A DNA stretch of 64,000 nt from Syntrophomonadaceae bacterium (GTDB taxonomy: Bacteria > Bacillota > Ch66 > Ch109). Positions 12,724 to 21,902 of the stretch are shown piece after piece. Positions within the stretch are counted from its first letter, which is position 1. Each line of letters starts with the position of its first letter. The notes beneath the pieces were generated by a model. That model saw only the letters and a program-made list of their open reading frames with translations, was not told the DNA's origin and ran no database searches. The stretch spans positions 159 to 64,158 of the forward strand of contig JAAYQE010000119.1 in assembly GCA_012519455.1 (NCBI GenBank), read 5' to 3'. The position numbers and the translations under genes are program-made.

Positions 12724-13611
12724 CTAACCACTAACCGGAGAACGAAGCAGATCACGATGTTTAACTAGGGACGGATAACCGGTTTCTAGTAGGATACGAC
12801 TAATTTCCGTAGATAAAACAACCGAACGATGCCGACCGCCGGTACAACCAATAGCGATCCCCAAATGCGTCTTACCTTCCCCTATATAACGAGGAATTAA
12901 AAACTGCAGAAGTTGGATGTACTGGCCCAGAAAACTACGGGTCTCTTTTTGGCTCAAAACAAATTCCCGTACCGGTTCATCTAGGCCGCTTAATTCCCGT
13001 AAATCTTCTACATAATAGGGATTAGGCAGAAAACGCACATCCATTACTAGATCCGCATCCATTGGGATGCCGTATTTATATCCAAAAGAAGTGATACTCA
13101 AAGTCAACTGGCTATCCGTCGAACGGGAACCATAGAGATCGTTAATTTGCTTTCTCAATTCTTGAACGCTCAAGTTTGAGGTATCAATAACCTTATTGGC
13201 CCGGCCACGTAGTTCCGCTAGACGCTGCCTTTCCAAAGCAATACTTTCCAGAATCCGACCTAACGGAGACAGCGGATGCCGGCGTCGAGATTCTTTATAA
13301 CGCCGGACTAAAATATCATCTGCCGCCTCCAAGAAAAGAATCTCATACTCAAGCCCCTGTTGGTCCAGGGCATCCAAAGCCTCAAAAAGCGAATCAAAAA
13401 AGCGTCCTCCACGGATATCAATCACCAGCCCGACCCGCGTAATCTTTCCTTCAGACTGAGCACATAATTCGATAAACTTAGGCAACAAACCCGGGGGAAG
13501 GTTATCTACACAATAGTAACCTAAATCCTCCATACAATGTACAGCCTGACTCTTTCCCGCCCCAGACAGACCAGTGATGATCACGATTTGCAAATCTAAT
13601 TTTCCTGTCAC
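12724..13611 (-). CDS. rapZ: RNase adaptor / nucleotide-binding protein RapZ (YvcJ)
   Basis: N-terminal P-loop ITGLSGAGKS and a second C-terminal nucleotide motif. 295 aa. Confidence 0.85.
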   Translation of the reverse strand: MTGKLDLQIVIITGLSGAGKSQAVHCMEDLGYYCVDNLPPGLLPKFIELCAQSEGKITRVGLVIDIRGGRFFDSLFEALDALDQQGLEYEILFLEAADDILVRRYKESRRRHPLSPLGRILESIALERQRLAELRGRANKVIDTSNLSVQELRKQINDLYGSRSTDSQLTLSITSFGYKYGIPMDADLVMDVRFLPNPYYVEDLRELSGLDEPVREFVLSQKETRSFLGQYIQLLQFLIPRYIGEGKTHLGIAIGCTGGRHRSVVLSTEISRILLETGYPSLVKHRDLLRSPVSG

Positions 13612-13788
13612 CCGGCTTCTCCCCCGATGCTAATAATATTTATGCCTTTAATCGTTACTTTAGAGTGAACAATTCGCGAGATGATTATCAAGTTCCTGCT
13701 TTTTAACTAAAATATTTTATGCAAATATCGTGCCAGGGCGCCTCCGGCGGAGCCAGGGAGCGCAAATAGATAGGCCTCCTCCTTCTTT

Positions 13789-13799
13789 TGTGATATAAT
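13789..13799 (+). promoter_or_regulatory. Candidate extended -10 promoter (TGaTATAAT) for pgi
   Basis: TGATATAAT at 13791-13799 in the divergent rapZ/pgi intergenic region. The -35 is weak (TAGGCC). Confidence 0.35.
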
Positions 13800-13911
13800 T
13801 TACCATTAGTAGTAGAATAAGGCACAAATAATTCAGGCCGCGGATAGTTAATAAACTACCCACCTAAAGGAAAAGTTATCTGTAAAAAGAGATTAAGGAG
13901 AGTGAACATGC

Positions 13912-15306
13912 ATGACGAACGAACTGTTGCGTATTGATGTAGGCCACCTGTGTTCTGAAAAGAAAACCCCCAACGGTATCACCGCGAAAGAACTAAACGC
14001 GTTGAGCTCCAAATATGAAAAGCCTTTCCAGGAATTCCAGGAAAAACTCAAGGCCGGACAATACCCCATTACTCTGTCTTTAGAGGAAACAAACGCAGTC
14101 AAGCATTATAAAACTCTAGCCCAACAATTAAGTACCCGATACGAAAACGTTTTAATTATCGGTATTGGCGGCTCAGCTTTGGGGGCGAAAGCGATTCTCC
14201 AATATCTCAAGGGGCCTTTTTATAACCTAGAAAAACACTCAACTCCGCGTATTTTTGTTTTGGACAACCTGGATCCGGTCCTCGTAAAAAAGCTTGAGGA
14301 ATTACTTGACATCCGTAAAACAGTCCTGATCTATGTTAGTAAATCGGGATCCACCCCGGAAACCGCGGCTAATTTTATCCACTTCTATAATAAATACCGG
14401 GAAGCCGGGGGTAACGTACAAGATCTAGTGATTATGTGTGACCCCGGGGACAATGGCCTCAACCGTATCGCCCAACGCCTGGGCTGTCACCACCTACCGA
14501 TACCACGCTCTTTACCGGGACGGTACTCCGTATTATCCTGCGTCGGATTTCTGCCTGCGGAAATCGCGGGGATTGACAGTGCTCAATTATTAGCCGGCGC
14601 CCAACAAATGCATCAAGCCATCTGTCAGTTGCCGGCCGCCCAAAACGGTTTATTCGCCCTAGGCATGGCGCTGAGTGAACTAGCGAACCGAGGCCGTAAA
14701 ATTCACGTGATGTTTAACTACAGCAGCATGCTTTTTGAATTTGGCCTTTGGTTTATGCAACTCTGGGCCGAAAGTTTGGGGAAAAAGAACTCGCTCGACC
14801 ATCAGGTAGTACATACTGGTACTACTCCCCTGGCTTGTACCGGCGCTACGGACCAGCATTCCCTCCTCCAGCTCTTTAAAGAAGGGCCGGCAGATAAAGT
14901 TTTCGGTTTTCTCAAAGTCGAGCAACTGCCAGAAATTGTTTTAGCCAACGAATTCCCATCCGAAAAAGAATATGCTTATTTTGCCGGTCACTCTCTAGCC
15001 GAACAACTCCATATCGAACAGCTTTCCACGGAAATGAGTCTGGTCCGGACCGGGCATCCTTGTTATTTAATAACCTTACGGGATAATTCTCCCGCCTGTC
15101 TAGGTGCTCTTTTCTATTTCTATGAGGCCCTGGTAATCTTTACTGCTCAACTGTGGAATATTAACCCCTTTGACCAACCGGGGGTAGAGGAAGGCAAGAA
15201 TATCACCTATGCCATGCTCGGAAGAGAAGATTACGCTTCCTCCCGGCCGCAACACACCCAAGACATAGAGAAGCATAATCAAGCGCGGAAAGTATTTAAG
15301 GTTTAG
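13912..15306 (+). CDS. pgi: Glucose-6-phosphate isomerase
   Basis: 464 aa. IIGIGGSALGAKA and SKSGSTPET motifs of the PGI family. Confidence 0.85.
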   Translation: MTNELLRIDVGHLCSEKKTPNGITAKELNALSSKYEKPFQEFQEKLKAGQYPITLSLEETNAVKHYKTLAQQLSTRYENVLIIGIGGSALGAKAILQYLKGPFYNLEKHSTPRIFVLDNLDPVLVKKLEELLDIRKTVLIYVSKSGSTPETAANFIHFYNKYREAGGNVQDLVIMCDPGDNGLNRIAQRLGCHHLPIPRSLPGRYSVLSCVGFLPAEIAGIDSAQLLAGAQQMHQAICQLPAAQNGLFALGMALSELANRGRKIHVMFNYSSMLFEFGLWFMQLWAESLGKKNSLDHQVVHTGTTPLACTGATDQHSLLQLFKEGPADKVFGFLKVEQLPEIVLANEFPSEKEYAYFAGHSLAEQLHIEQLSTEMSLVRTGHPCYLITLRDNSPACLGALFYFYEALVIFTAQLWNINPFDQPGVEEGKNITYAMLGREDYASSRPQHTQDIEKHNQARKVFKV

Positions 15307-15333
15307 GCTCAAGCTTATGAGCAAGAAGTCCTT

Positions 15334-16422
15334 CTATTCAAACTGATGGTGTACGATGCCGGCCGCGCCTAAAGCTGCCGAGTCTTCCCCTAAACCGGCC
15401 GGCACGATCTGCACCTTCTCTCTTAAGGAAGGAAAAGCTCGCAGCTCAATTTCCGGCCAAGCAGCATCTAACAATGGCTGCCAAAGGCCAGCGGCTAAAC
15501 CGCCACCAATCACGATCAAACCTGGATTCAATAAATTAATTACACTAGCAATACCCATCCCTAAGTAGGCCCCAGCTTGATGCACCAATTCCCGGGCCGT
15601 TTGATCTCCCATGGCCAGAGCTTGGCCGACTACGGGACCCGCCACTTTATCCCGGCACCCTCCGGCTAACTGCAATAATCGTTCGCCCTTACCTTGATCC
15701 ACTGCCGCCTGAGCTGCACGTGCTAATGCGGTTCCGGAAACCATGGCCTCCAGACAGCCCGGGTGTCCCTGACCGCATGGCGGTCCCTGGGGTTCCAGTA
15801 CTAAATGGCCGATTTCACCGGCCCCGCCATGGCTCCCCCGGTAAAGTTCCCCTCGGATAATCAAGCCCCCGCCAATCCCGGTCCCCAGACCCATATATAC
15901 CATTGGGTCCTGGCCTTTCCCAGCACCATACCAATATTCCCCTAAAGCAGCTGCATTAGTATCGTTTTCCATCCAAACCGGCAGCCCACTGTTTTCCGCC
16001 AGCAAATCACGCAAGGGCACCTCCACCAGGCCTAGATTAGGCGACTCGTGAATCACCGTTCTTTCCTCAGAAAGCACCCCGGCTACGACCAACCCAATTC
16101 CCCGTACCTCCCTTCCCTGCTGCGCTAAGATATCTTTTAACGTTTGAAGGGTGACTTGGTCAGGTATCTCGCCAAAGCCTAAATCTGGCGTTAACTTCCC
16201 TACCGTTTGCGTTCCTACAGACTCTTTTTCAATCGCTTCTTTCATCACTCGATAAAGGCCGGTTAATAAATTTCCCATCACCCCGGTTAACCCCTTTTTA
16301 GCTTCCGTGGGTTGTACTACTTGAGCCACCGCCCGACCTTCCTGACCCGCTAAAACCAGATGTATTTTCGTTCCTCCTAAGTCCACACCCAGCGCTAGCG
16401 GATGATTTAAAATAGTAGACAT
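15334..16422 (-). CDS. ROK-family glucokinase
   Basis: LGVDLGGTKI N-terminal ATPase motif, a ROK zinc motif (GxxGCLE) and the HLVLEPQGPPCGCG region. Confidence 0.8.
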   Translation of the reverse strand: MSTILNHPLALGVDLGGTKIHLVLAGQEGRAVAQVVQPTEAKKGLTGVMGNLLTGLYRVMKEAIEKESVGTQTVGKLTPDLGFGEIPDQVTLQTLKDILAQQGREVRGIGLVVAGVLSEERTVIHESPNLGLVEVPLRDLLAENSGLPVWMENDTNAAALGEYWYGAGKGQDPMVYMGLGTGIGGGLIIRGELYRGSHGGAGEIGHLVLEPQGPPCGQGHPGCLEAMVSGTALARAAQAAVDQGKGERLLQLAGGCRDKVAGPVVGQALAMGDQTARELVHQAGAYLGMGIASVINLLNPGLIVIGGGLAAGLWQPLLDAAWPEIELRAFPSLREKVQIVPAGLGEDSAALGAAGIVHHQFE

Positions 16423-16488
16423 ATTACCGCTTAGCCGCCTTTCACTATATTTATCCTATATTTATCAAAAATAGATATCTAAACGAAA

Positions 16489-17673
16489 TTACACGTTAAT
16501 CAATCGATACTTACGACTACCCAGCCCGATCTGTTCACCGTAAGCCAGCTGAATGGCCCAGTCAATTTCCGGCTGAACCGCCCGAAACTTATCCTGACCT
16601 ACCGGTAATCCTTCAATCACTGAGCCCATTAGGGCCGGCTGTTGGTTCACCAAATCTACGGAAGCCTGATCAATCGCCACCGGGTCCCGAGAGGCTAAAA
16701 TCCCGATGTTACCCACAATTGGCGCATCATTCCAACCGAAGCAATCACAATCCGGGCTGATATCGGTTAGGAAATTGATCAAACCGGCATTCCCTACCTT
16801 ATTTTTCATAACCCCCAGTGCGTACTCCGCCATCTTTTCTTGTAAGGCACTCGGCGTAGTTTTCCAGCTAATTTTTATCGACGGTACCGGACAAGTTACT
16901 ACACACTCCCCACAGCCAATACATTTTTCGTGGTTAATAAGGGCTTTCTTTTTATAGGTTTTTTTCGCAGCCGGGGAATCAGGATCAAAGGCCTCCGCCA
17001 CAGCTGGAACCGAGGGCTCCTTTTCCACTGTTTCAAAAAGGCTAATGGCCTCTGCCGGACACCATTCCAAACATTTACCGCAACCAATGCACTTGCCTAA
17101 GTTAATCCGTGGCTTAACATCAGAATGCATCATCTGTTTACCGCTTCGGGCGCCGGAACCCATACCGAGATTTTTTATGGCACCCCCGAAACCGGTGATC
17201 TCGTGTCCTTTAAAATGGGATACTGTAAACAAGGTATTAGCATGAAAAATAGCACTGCCAATTTTAACGTCTTCGAAATACCGTTGATTAATCTTTACCG
17301 CTTCATAGTCCTTTCCATTTAAGCCATCAGCAATGATTAAAGGCGCTCCTACGACGGAATAAGCAAAACCATTTTCCAAAGCGGTTTCTAAATGATCTAT
17401 CGCATTAGCGCGACTGCCTACATAAAGCGTATTCGCGTCGGTTAAAAACGGCTTACCGTCAACCCCTCTAATTTTCTCCACTAGACGCCGTAAAAATTGC
17501 GGTCGAATATAGGCCAGGTTGCCTCTTTCACCAAAATGAATCTTTATCGCTACCAGATCCCCGGGAGTTATCATTTCCTTAAAACCAGCCCGTTCAAAAA
17601 GTCGCTCCAGTTTGTCCAATAAATTATGCCCGCTGCGGGCTCGCATATTCACAAAGAACACCTCTGAACTCAA
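16489..17673 (-). CDS. DUF362-domain protein with two 4Fe-4S ferredoxin motifs
   Basis: Two CIGCGKC...CP / CIGCGECVVTCP clusters embedded in a DUF362-like fold. Confidence 0.7.
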   Translation of the reverse strand: MSSEVFFVNMRARSGHNLLDKLERLFERAGFKEMITPGDLVAIKIHFGERGNLAYIRPQFLRRLVEKIRGVDGKPFLTDANTLYVGSRANAIDHLETALENGFAYSVVGAPLIIADGLNGKDYEAVKINQRYFEDVKIGSAIFHANTLFTVSHFKGHEITGFGGAIKNLGMGSGARSGKQMMHSDVKPRINLGKCIGCGKCLEWCPAEAISLFETVEKEPSVPAVAEAFDPDSPAAKKTYKKKALINHEKCIGCGECVVTCPVPSIKISWKTTPSALQEKMAEYALGVMKNKVGNAGLINFLTDISPDCDCFGWNDAPIVGNIGILASRDPVAIDQASVDLVNQQPALMGSVIEGLPVGQDKFRAVQPEIDWAIQLAYGEQIGLGSRKYRLINV

Positions 17674-17694
17674 AATGATCCACCCGCCTTTCCC

Positions 17695-18510
17695 TTATGA
17701 ATGAAGAATAAAACGCTCAATTACTTCTGCCACCCCATCATCTTCATTCGTAGCCGTGACATAATCCCCATGCTGTTTGATTTCCGGCCGCGCATTTCCC
17801 ATAACCACCCCCAACCCGGCATAATCAATCATATCTAGATCATTGAAGCTGTCACCGATAGCTATCACCGCTTCCTGCGGTATCCCAAAATAATCAGCCA
17901 CCACCCTTAAAGCTTTACCTTTAGTCGCTTCCGGATGTAATAATTCCAAATAATAGGGTTTGGATTTCGTTATGTACAACTGCTCCCCAAATTCAGCCTG
18001 GAGTACCTCAGCCAGTTCATCCAAGCGCGCTTCCTCATAATTAGAAATCAATATTTTTGTGGGTTCCGGGCAACTCGCGATTAAATCAGATACCAACGTC
18101 ACCTTAACTCCAGCCAGATCCACGTAAGCTTGACCCTCGGTAGTGAGTTTCTCCATACATACCTGATCCTCAAAATACATTTGCAAATGATAACCGAAAG
18201 ACTTCACCTTTTCCGCGACCGGGCGAACTAATTCCGTAGGCACCGGCCGGTGATAGAGAACCTCCTCAGAACGGGAATTCTTAATCAACGCCCCTTGATA
18301 AGTAATCAAAGGAAGATTCAAATCAAGTTGTTCCGCATACGGCAAAGCTGAACGGAACATCCGCCCGGTAGCCAGAGTTACCTGTACCCCCTGCTGCCGC
18401 GCCGCTTGAATTACTGCCTGTACCCGTTGAGAAATCCTTAGATCGTTGTCCAATAAAGTATCATCAAGATCTATGGCGACTAACTTATAGTTCGAATTAT
18501 GCATACCCAC
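17695..18510 (-). CDS. Cof-type HAD-IIB phosphatase
   Basis: The LVAIDLDDTLL motif I and the GDSFNDLDM motif IV. Confidence 0.8.
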   Translation of the reverse strand: MGMHNSNYKLVAIDLDDTLLDNDLRISQRVQAVIQAARQQGVQVTLATGRMFRSALPYAEQLDLNLPLITYQGALIKNSRSEEVLYHRPVPTELVRPVAEKVKSFGYHLQMYFEDQVCMEKLTTEGQAYVDLAGVKVTLVSDLIASCPEPTKILISNYEEARLDELAEVLQAEFGEQLYITKSKPYYLELLHPEATKGKALRVVADYFGIPQEAVIAIGDSFNDLDMIDYAGLGVVMGNARPEIKQHGDYVTATNEDDGVAEVIERFILHS

Positions 18511-18618
18511 CGTTTATTTCTCTCCTGTCTTAACCATTGATAAACTGAATATTCGAAAAAGGCTTACCCAAACTACGCTTATTATTCGCCAAAATTTCCG
18601 ATAATTCCTGCCTTAAGG

Positions 18619-20577
18619 CTAGGGTGCGTCGGTTTCCCCTTCTACATCCATTTGGTTAAAATAATCCCACACCGCCTGCGCTGCCTTAGCGGTTATTCCC
18701 GGCACCCCGGCCAATTCATCGATACTCGCCTGACGGATTCTTTTTACGGAACCAAAATGCTTTAACAGCGCCTTACGACGCTTTGGCCCAATCCCTGGAA
18801 TCGCTTCTAACACTGAAGAAAAAAAGGTTTTTCCTCGGCGCAAACGATGGTATTCTAGGGCAAAGCGATGCGCTTCATCGCGCAGCCTCTGTAATAAATG
18901 CAGTTCAGGCGAATCATTCGGCAGCACTAAGGGATCCGACCGGCCTTCCGTATAAAGATATTCAAATTCCTCTGCTAACCCAAAAGTAGGAATATCGGCT
19001 ACTCCCAGTTCCTTCATTACCTGCCGAGCCGCCTGTAACTGACCTTTACCGCCGTCCACAATTAATAAATCAGGAAAATGGGCAAATCGGGTCTGTTCCT
19101 CCTCCAATTCTCCGCGGGTCACGGCAACTCGCTCCTGCAAGCCTCGCATAAACCGCCGCCGTAACACCTCCTGTAAGGAAGCAAAGTCATTAGGCCCGGA
19201 CACGGTTTGAATCCGAAAACGCCGATACTGGGAGCGATCCGGTTCTCCCGCCTGGAACACCACCATTGATCCTACAGCGTCCGTCCCCTGAATATTGGAG
19301 ATATCGTAACCCTCAATGCGGCACGGTAAAACCGGCACTTCCAACTGCTGCTGCAGCCGTTGCAGGGCCTCGGTTCTTTGCTCTTGCTGGGCCTCCTCCT
19401 GCCGAACCTGTTCCTCCAGATGTAAACGAGCATTTTTAACCGCCAATTCAACGAGTCGACGCTTTTCCCCTCTTTGAGGAACCACAACCTTCACCCGACG
19501 ACCGGCTCGCTTCTGCGCCAGCCATTCCTCCAACAGCAGTTTTTCCGTGACCGGTAATTCCTCGGGAAGAAGGATCACCGGCGGTACCGTCTCTACCCCG
19601 GCATAATACTGCTTTAAAAACTCCCCTAACACCTGGCTTACTTCCGCTCCCTGGGTATTCCGCAGCCAGAAAGTTTGTCGGCCAACCAGTTTTCCGGCGC
19701 GGACAAAAAATACCTGACCTACGGCCTCTTGAAAACCCAAAGCCACGCCAATCACATCTCGATCCTCCAGCCCCGCGGAAATAATTTTCTGCTTTTCCGC
19801 TACCGCCTGGAGTGCTTCCAGCTGATCGCGCAACTGGGCCGCTCGTTCAAAATTCCAGGCTTGCGCTGCCTTCTCCATCTGAACGGTAAGTTTCTGGGCC
19901 AACGGTGCAAACCGACCTTCTAAAAACCAAATTACTTGTTTTACCAATTCCCCATAATCAGCTTGACTTACCTGTCCTCCACAAGGAGCCAGGCAGCGCT
20001 GAATATGGTAGTTCAGACAAGGCCGCCCAGAAGTACTGAAGCCCTTTTTTTTACAACTACGCAAAGGGAAAATTTTCTCCATTAAGCGTAAAGTCTCCCG
20101 CAACGCTCCGACATCCGTATAGGGACCAAAATAACGTCCTCCGTCTTTTTTAATAGAGCGTACCACAATCACCCGCGGAAACTCCTCCTCGAGCGTAACC
20201 TTAAGATAGGGATAGTGCTTATCATCCCGCAGCATAATATTATATTTCGGGCGATGCATTTTAATCAGATTACATTCTAAAATCAAGGCCTCAACTTCAG
20301 AATCAGTAATAATGTAGTCTAGATCAACAATCTGCTGCACTAGAGCTTGAGTCTTAGGGTCTAAATTGCGGGCGGCCTGAAAATAGGAGCGAACTCGCGG
20401 ACGTAGAGAGCGCGCCTTGCCTACATAAATAATCCGTGAACGAACGTCTTTAAAGAGATAAACCCCCGGCTCTACCGGCAGGTGCTGCAGTTTAGTAACT
20501 AGCGCATCCCCTTCCCTTCCCGCCTCGGTTTTTTCCAAGGCAATTTTCGGTTCTTCGAAACCGTTTTGCTGCTCCAT
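18619..20577 (-). CDS. uvrC: Excinuclease ABC subunit C
   Basis: GIY-YIG domain (PGVYLFKD...IIYVGKA), a UvrBC-interaction region and a C-terminal HhH. Start set at the ATG (20577) with GGGGG 9 nt upstream; the ORF track starts at TTG 20586. Confidence 0.9.
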   Translation of the reverse strand: MEQQNGFEEPKIALEKTEAGREGDALVTKLQHLPVEPGVYLFKDVRSRIIYVGKARSLRPRVRSYFQAARNLDPKTQALVQQIVDLDYIITDSEVEALILECNLIKMHRPKYNIMLRDDKHYPYLKVTLEEEFPRVIVVRSIKKDGGRYFGPYTDVGALRETLRLMEKIFPLRSCKKKGFSTSGRPCLNYHIQRCLAPCGGQVSQADYGELVKQVIWFLEGRFAPLAQKLTVQMEKAAQAWNFERAAQLRDQLEALQAVAEKQKIISAGLEDRDVIGVALGFQEAVGQVFFVRAGKLVGRQTFWLRNTQGAEVSQVLGEFLKQYYAGVETVPPVILLPEELPVTEKLLLEEWLAQKRAGRRVKVVVPQRGEKRRLVELAVKNARLHLEEQVRQEEAQQEQRTEALQRLQQQLEVPVLPCRIEGYDISNIQGTDAVGSMVVFQAGEPDRSQYRRFRIQTVSGPNDFASLQEVLRRRFMRGLQERVAVTRGELEEEQTRFAHFPDLLIVDGGKGQLQAARQVMKELGVADIPTFGLAEEFEYLYTEGRSDPLVLPNDSPELHLLQRLRDEAHRFALEYHRLRRGKTFFSSVLEAIPGIGPKRRKALLKHFGSVKRIRQASIDELAGVPGITAKAAQAVWDYFNQMDVEGETDAP

Positions 20578-20732
20578 TCTCTTCAAACCCCCTTTCTCTG
20601 TTCCCTATTCCCCGCCTCCGCCGATATCTCCGCCGGTCAGCATTGCTTTCTAAATCAAAAGAACGGAGGGAGCGAAGGATCAGCAGACATCACCTGAGCA
20701 AAGCGGAGCGCAGCGAATTGATGTCTGCCCGT

Positions 20733-20793
20733 AGCGACCGTAGTTCATTCCCTAACCTCAAAGCTCTGTCTGACCTAGGAGATATCAAGGAGG
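20733..20793 (+). repeat. 61-bp direct repeat, copy A, in the 5' leader of the 3D-domain gene
   Basis: agcgaccgtagttcattccctaacctcaaagctctgtctgacctaggagatatcaaggagg is 55/61 identical to copy B at 21841-21901. A 10-bp perfect inverted repeat (GCAGACATCA...TGATGTCTGC at 20683-20730) lies immediately upstream. Confidence 0.7.
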
Positions 20794-20867
20794 CGTTCTT
20801 TTTAAGTTTTGTCCCTCCATACACTATATTAAACTTTAGTTTACATAAACCAAGGTTTGGAGGGATT

Positions 20868-21851
20868 ATGTTGACAACCACCTTTGCCTTACCCCTTGGT
20901 CCGGCCCTATCGGAAATACCGCTTTTACCCGGATCCGGGGATAAAAACCATCGTTTAAACCGTAGTGACTTCATTAATTGGTCCGTAGAGAAGTATTACT
21001 GCGAATTTTCCGGCTCAAACCTGATCTGGCATGCCCCGGTGGCCAAGTATTATTTTACGCCCCGACCAATGATACCCTTAACTACAACCGCTTACGCCCC
21101 AAGTACCGAAGCTCTTTTCCCCACCCCGATACCGGCACGTTGGGAGTTCGGGACTACCACCATCCTGTTGCTTACCGCTGCCCACCTATGGCTGCTGTTT
21201 ACGCATCTACCTTTGAAGCCAGCGGTTCCGCCCCTCCCCAGCCCCACCTTCGAATTGAGCTACCCCGCTTGGCCGCGTCAGAGCTTATCGGACCCCGCGC
21301 CCACAGAAGCGACCGACGCCGCTACAGAAAATCTCTCCCCTTTGACCCCGACTCTGACCGATCCCGCAGAAAAGGCAACTACTCCTCCCTCAATTTCCCC
21401 TCCAAACACCCCGGCCCCAACCCCTATTACAGAGCCATCTTCCGCTCCCGCCCAGGCGCCGAAAGCGGCAGAACCACGTCCAAGCCCTGTCTCTCCCGTT
21501 AAAAAGAGGCCTTCCGCAACGTTTATTTATCAACAACTATCTACCTTAGATGAAATTGACCCCCAAAACTTGGGAGATTGTGAGGAAATGCTCATGGAAT
21601 GTACGGCCTATACGCATGACGGTTCCCGGACCGCAACCGGGGTCGTACCCCAGTATGGAATAGTCGCGGTTGATCCACGTGTTATTCCCCTAGGCACCCG
21701 TCTGTACGTAGTCGGTTATGGACCAGCAGTGGCTGCCGATACCGGAGGATTAATCAAGGGAAAGCGTATCGATATCTTTTTAAATTCGGAAACTGAGTGC
21801 CGCAAGTGGGGCCGACGCAAAGTCAAGGTATACGTAATACAGCGACCGTAG
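20868..21851 (+). CDS. Secreted 3D-domain (MltA-like double-psi beta-barrel) cell-wall-hydrolase-like protein with a Pro/Thr-rich linker
   Basis: C-terminal CTAYTHDGSRTATGVVPQYGIVAVDPRVIPLGTRLYVVGYG...RIDIF is a 3D-domain signature. GGAGGG lies 5 nt upstream of the ATG at 20868. The ORF-track N-terminal 75 aa has no RBS and is judged spurious. Confidence 0.7.
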   Translation: MLTTTFALPLGPALSEIPLLPGSGDKNHRLNRSDFINWSVEKYYCEFSGSNLIWHAPVAKYYFTPRPMIPLTTTAYAPSTEALFPTPIPARWEFGTTTILLLTAAHLWLLFTHLPLKPAVPPLPSPTFELSYPAWPRQSLSDPAPTEATDAATENLSPLTPTLTDPAEKATTPPSISPPNTPAPTPITEPSSAPAQAPKAAEPRPSPVSPVKKRPSATFIYQQLSTLDEIDPQNLGDCEEMLMECTAYTHDGSRTATGVVPQYGIVAVDPRVIPLGTRLYVVGYGPAVAADTGGLIKGKRIDIFLNSETECRKWGRRKVKVYVIQRP

Positions 21852-21901
21852 TTCATTCCTTAACCCTAAAGCTCCGCCTGACCAAGGAGATATCAAGGAG
21901 G
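21841..21901 (+). repeat. 61-bp direct repeat, copy B, overlapping the 3D-gene stop and ending 1 bp before the uvrA stop
   Basis: See copy A. Copy B contains the TAG stop of the 3D gene at 21849-21851. Confidence 0.7.
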
Positions 21902-21902
21902 C

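Noticed and set aside
20587-20867. Tried to read the 3D-gene leader as a c-di-AMP (ydaO/yuaA) riboswitch
   Set aside because: The conserved elements of that class that I can recall are not visible, so the region is only flagged as a structured leader needing a covariance-model scan.
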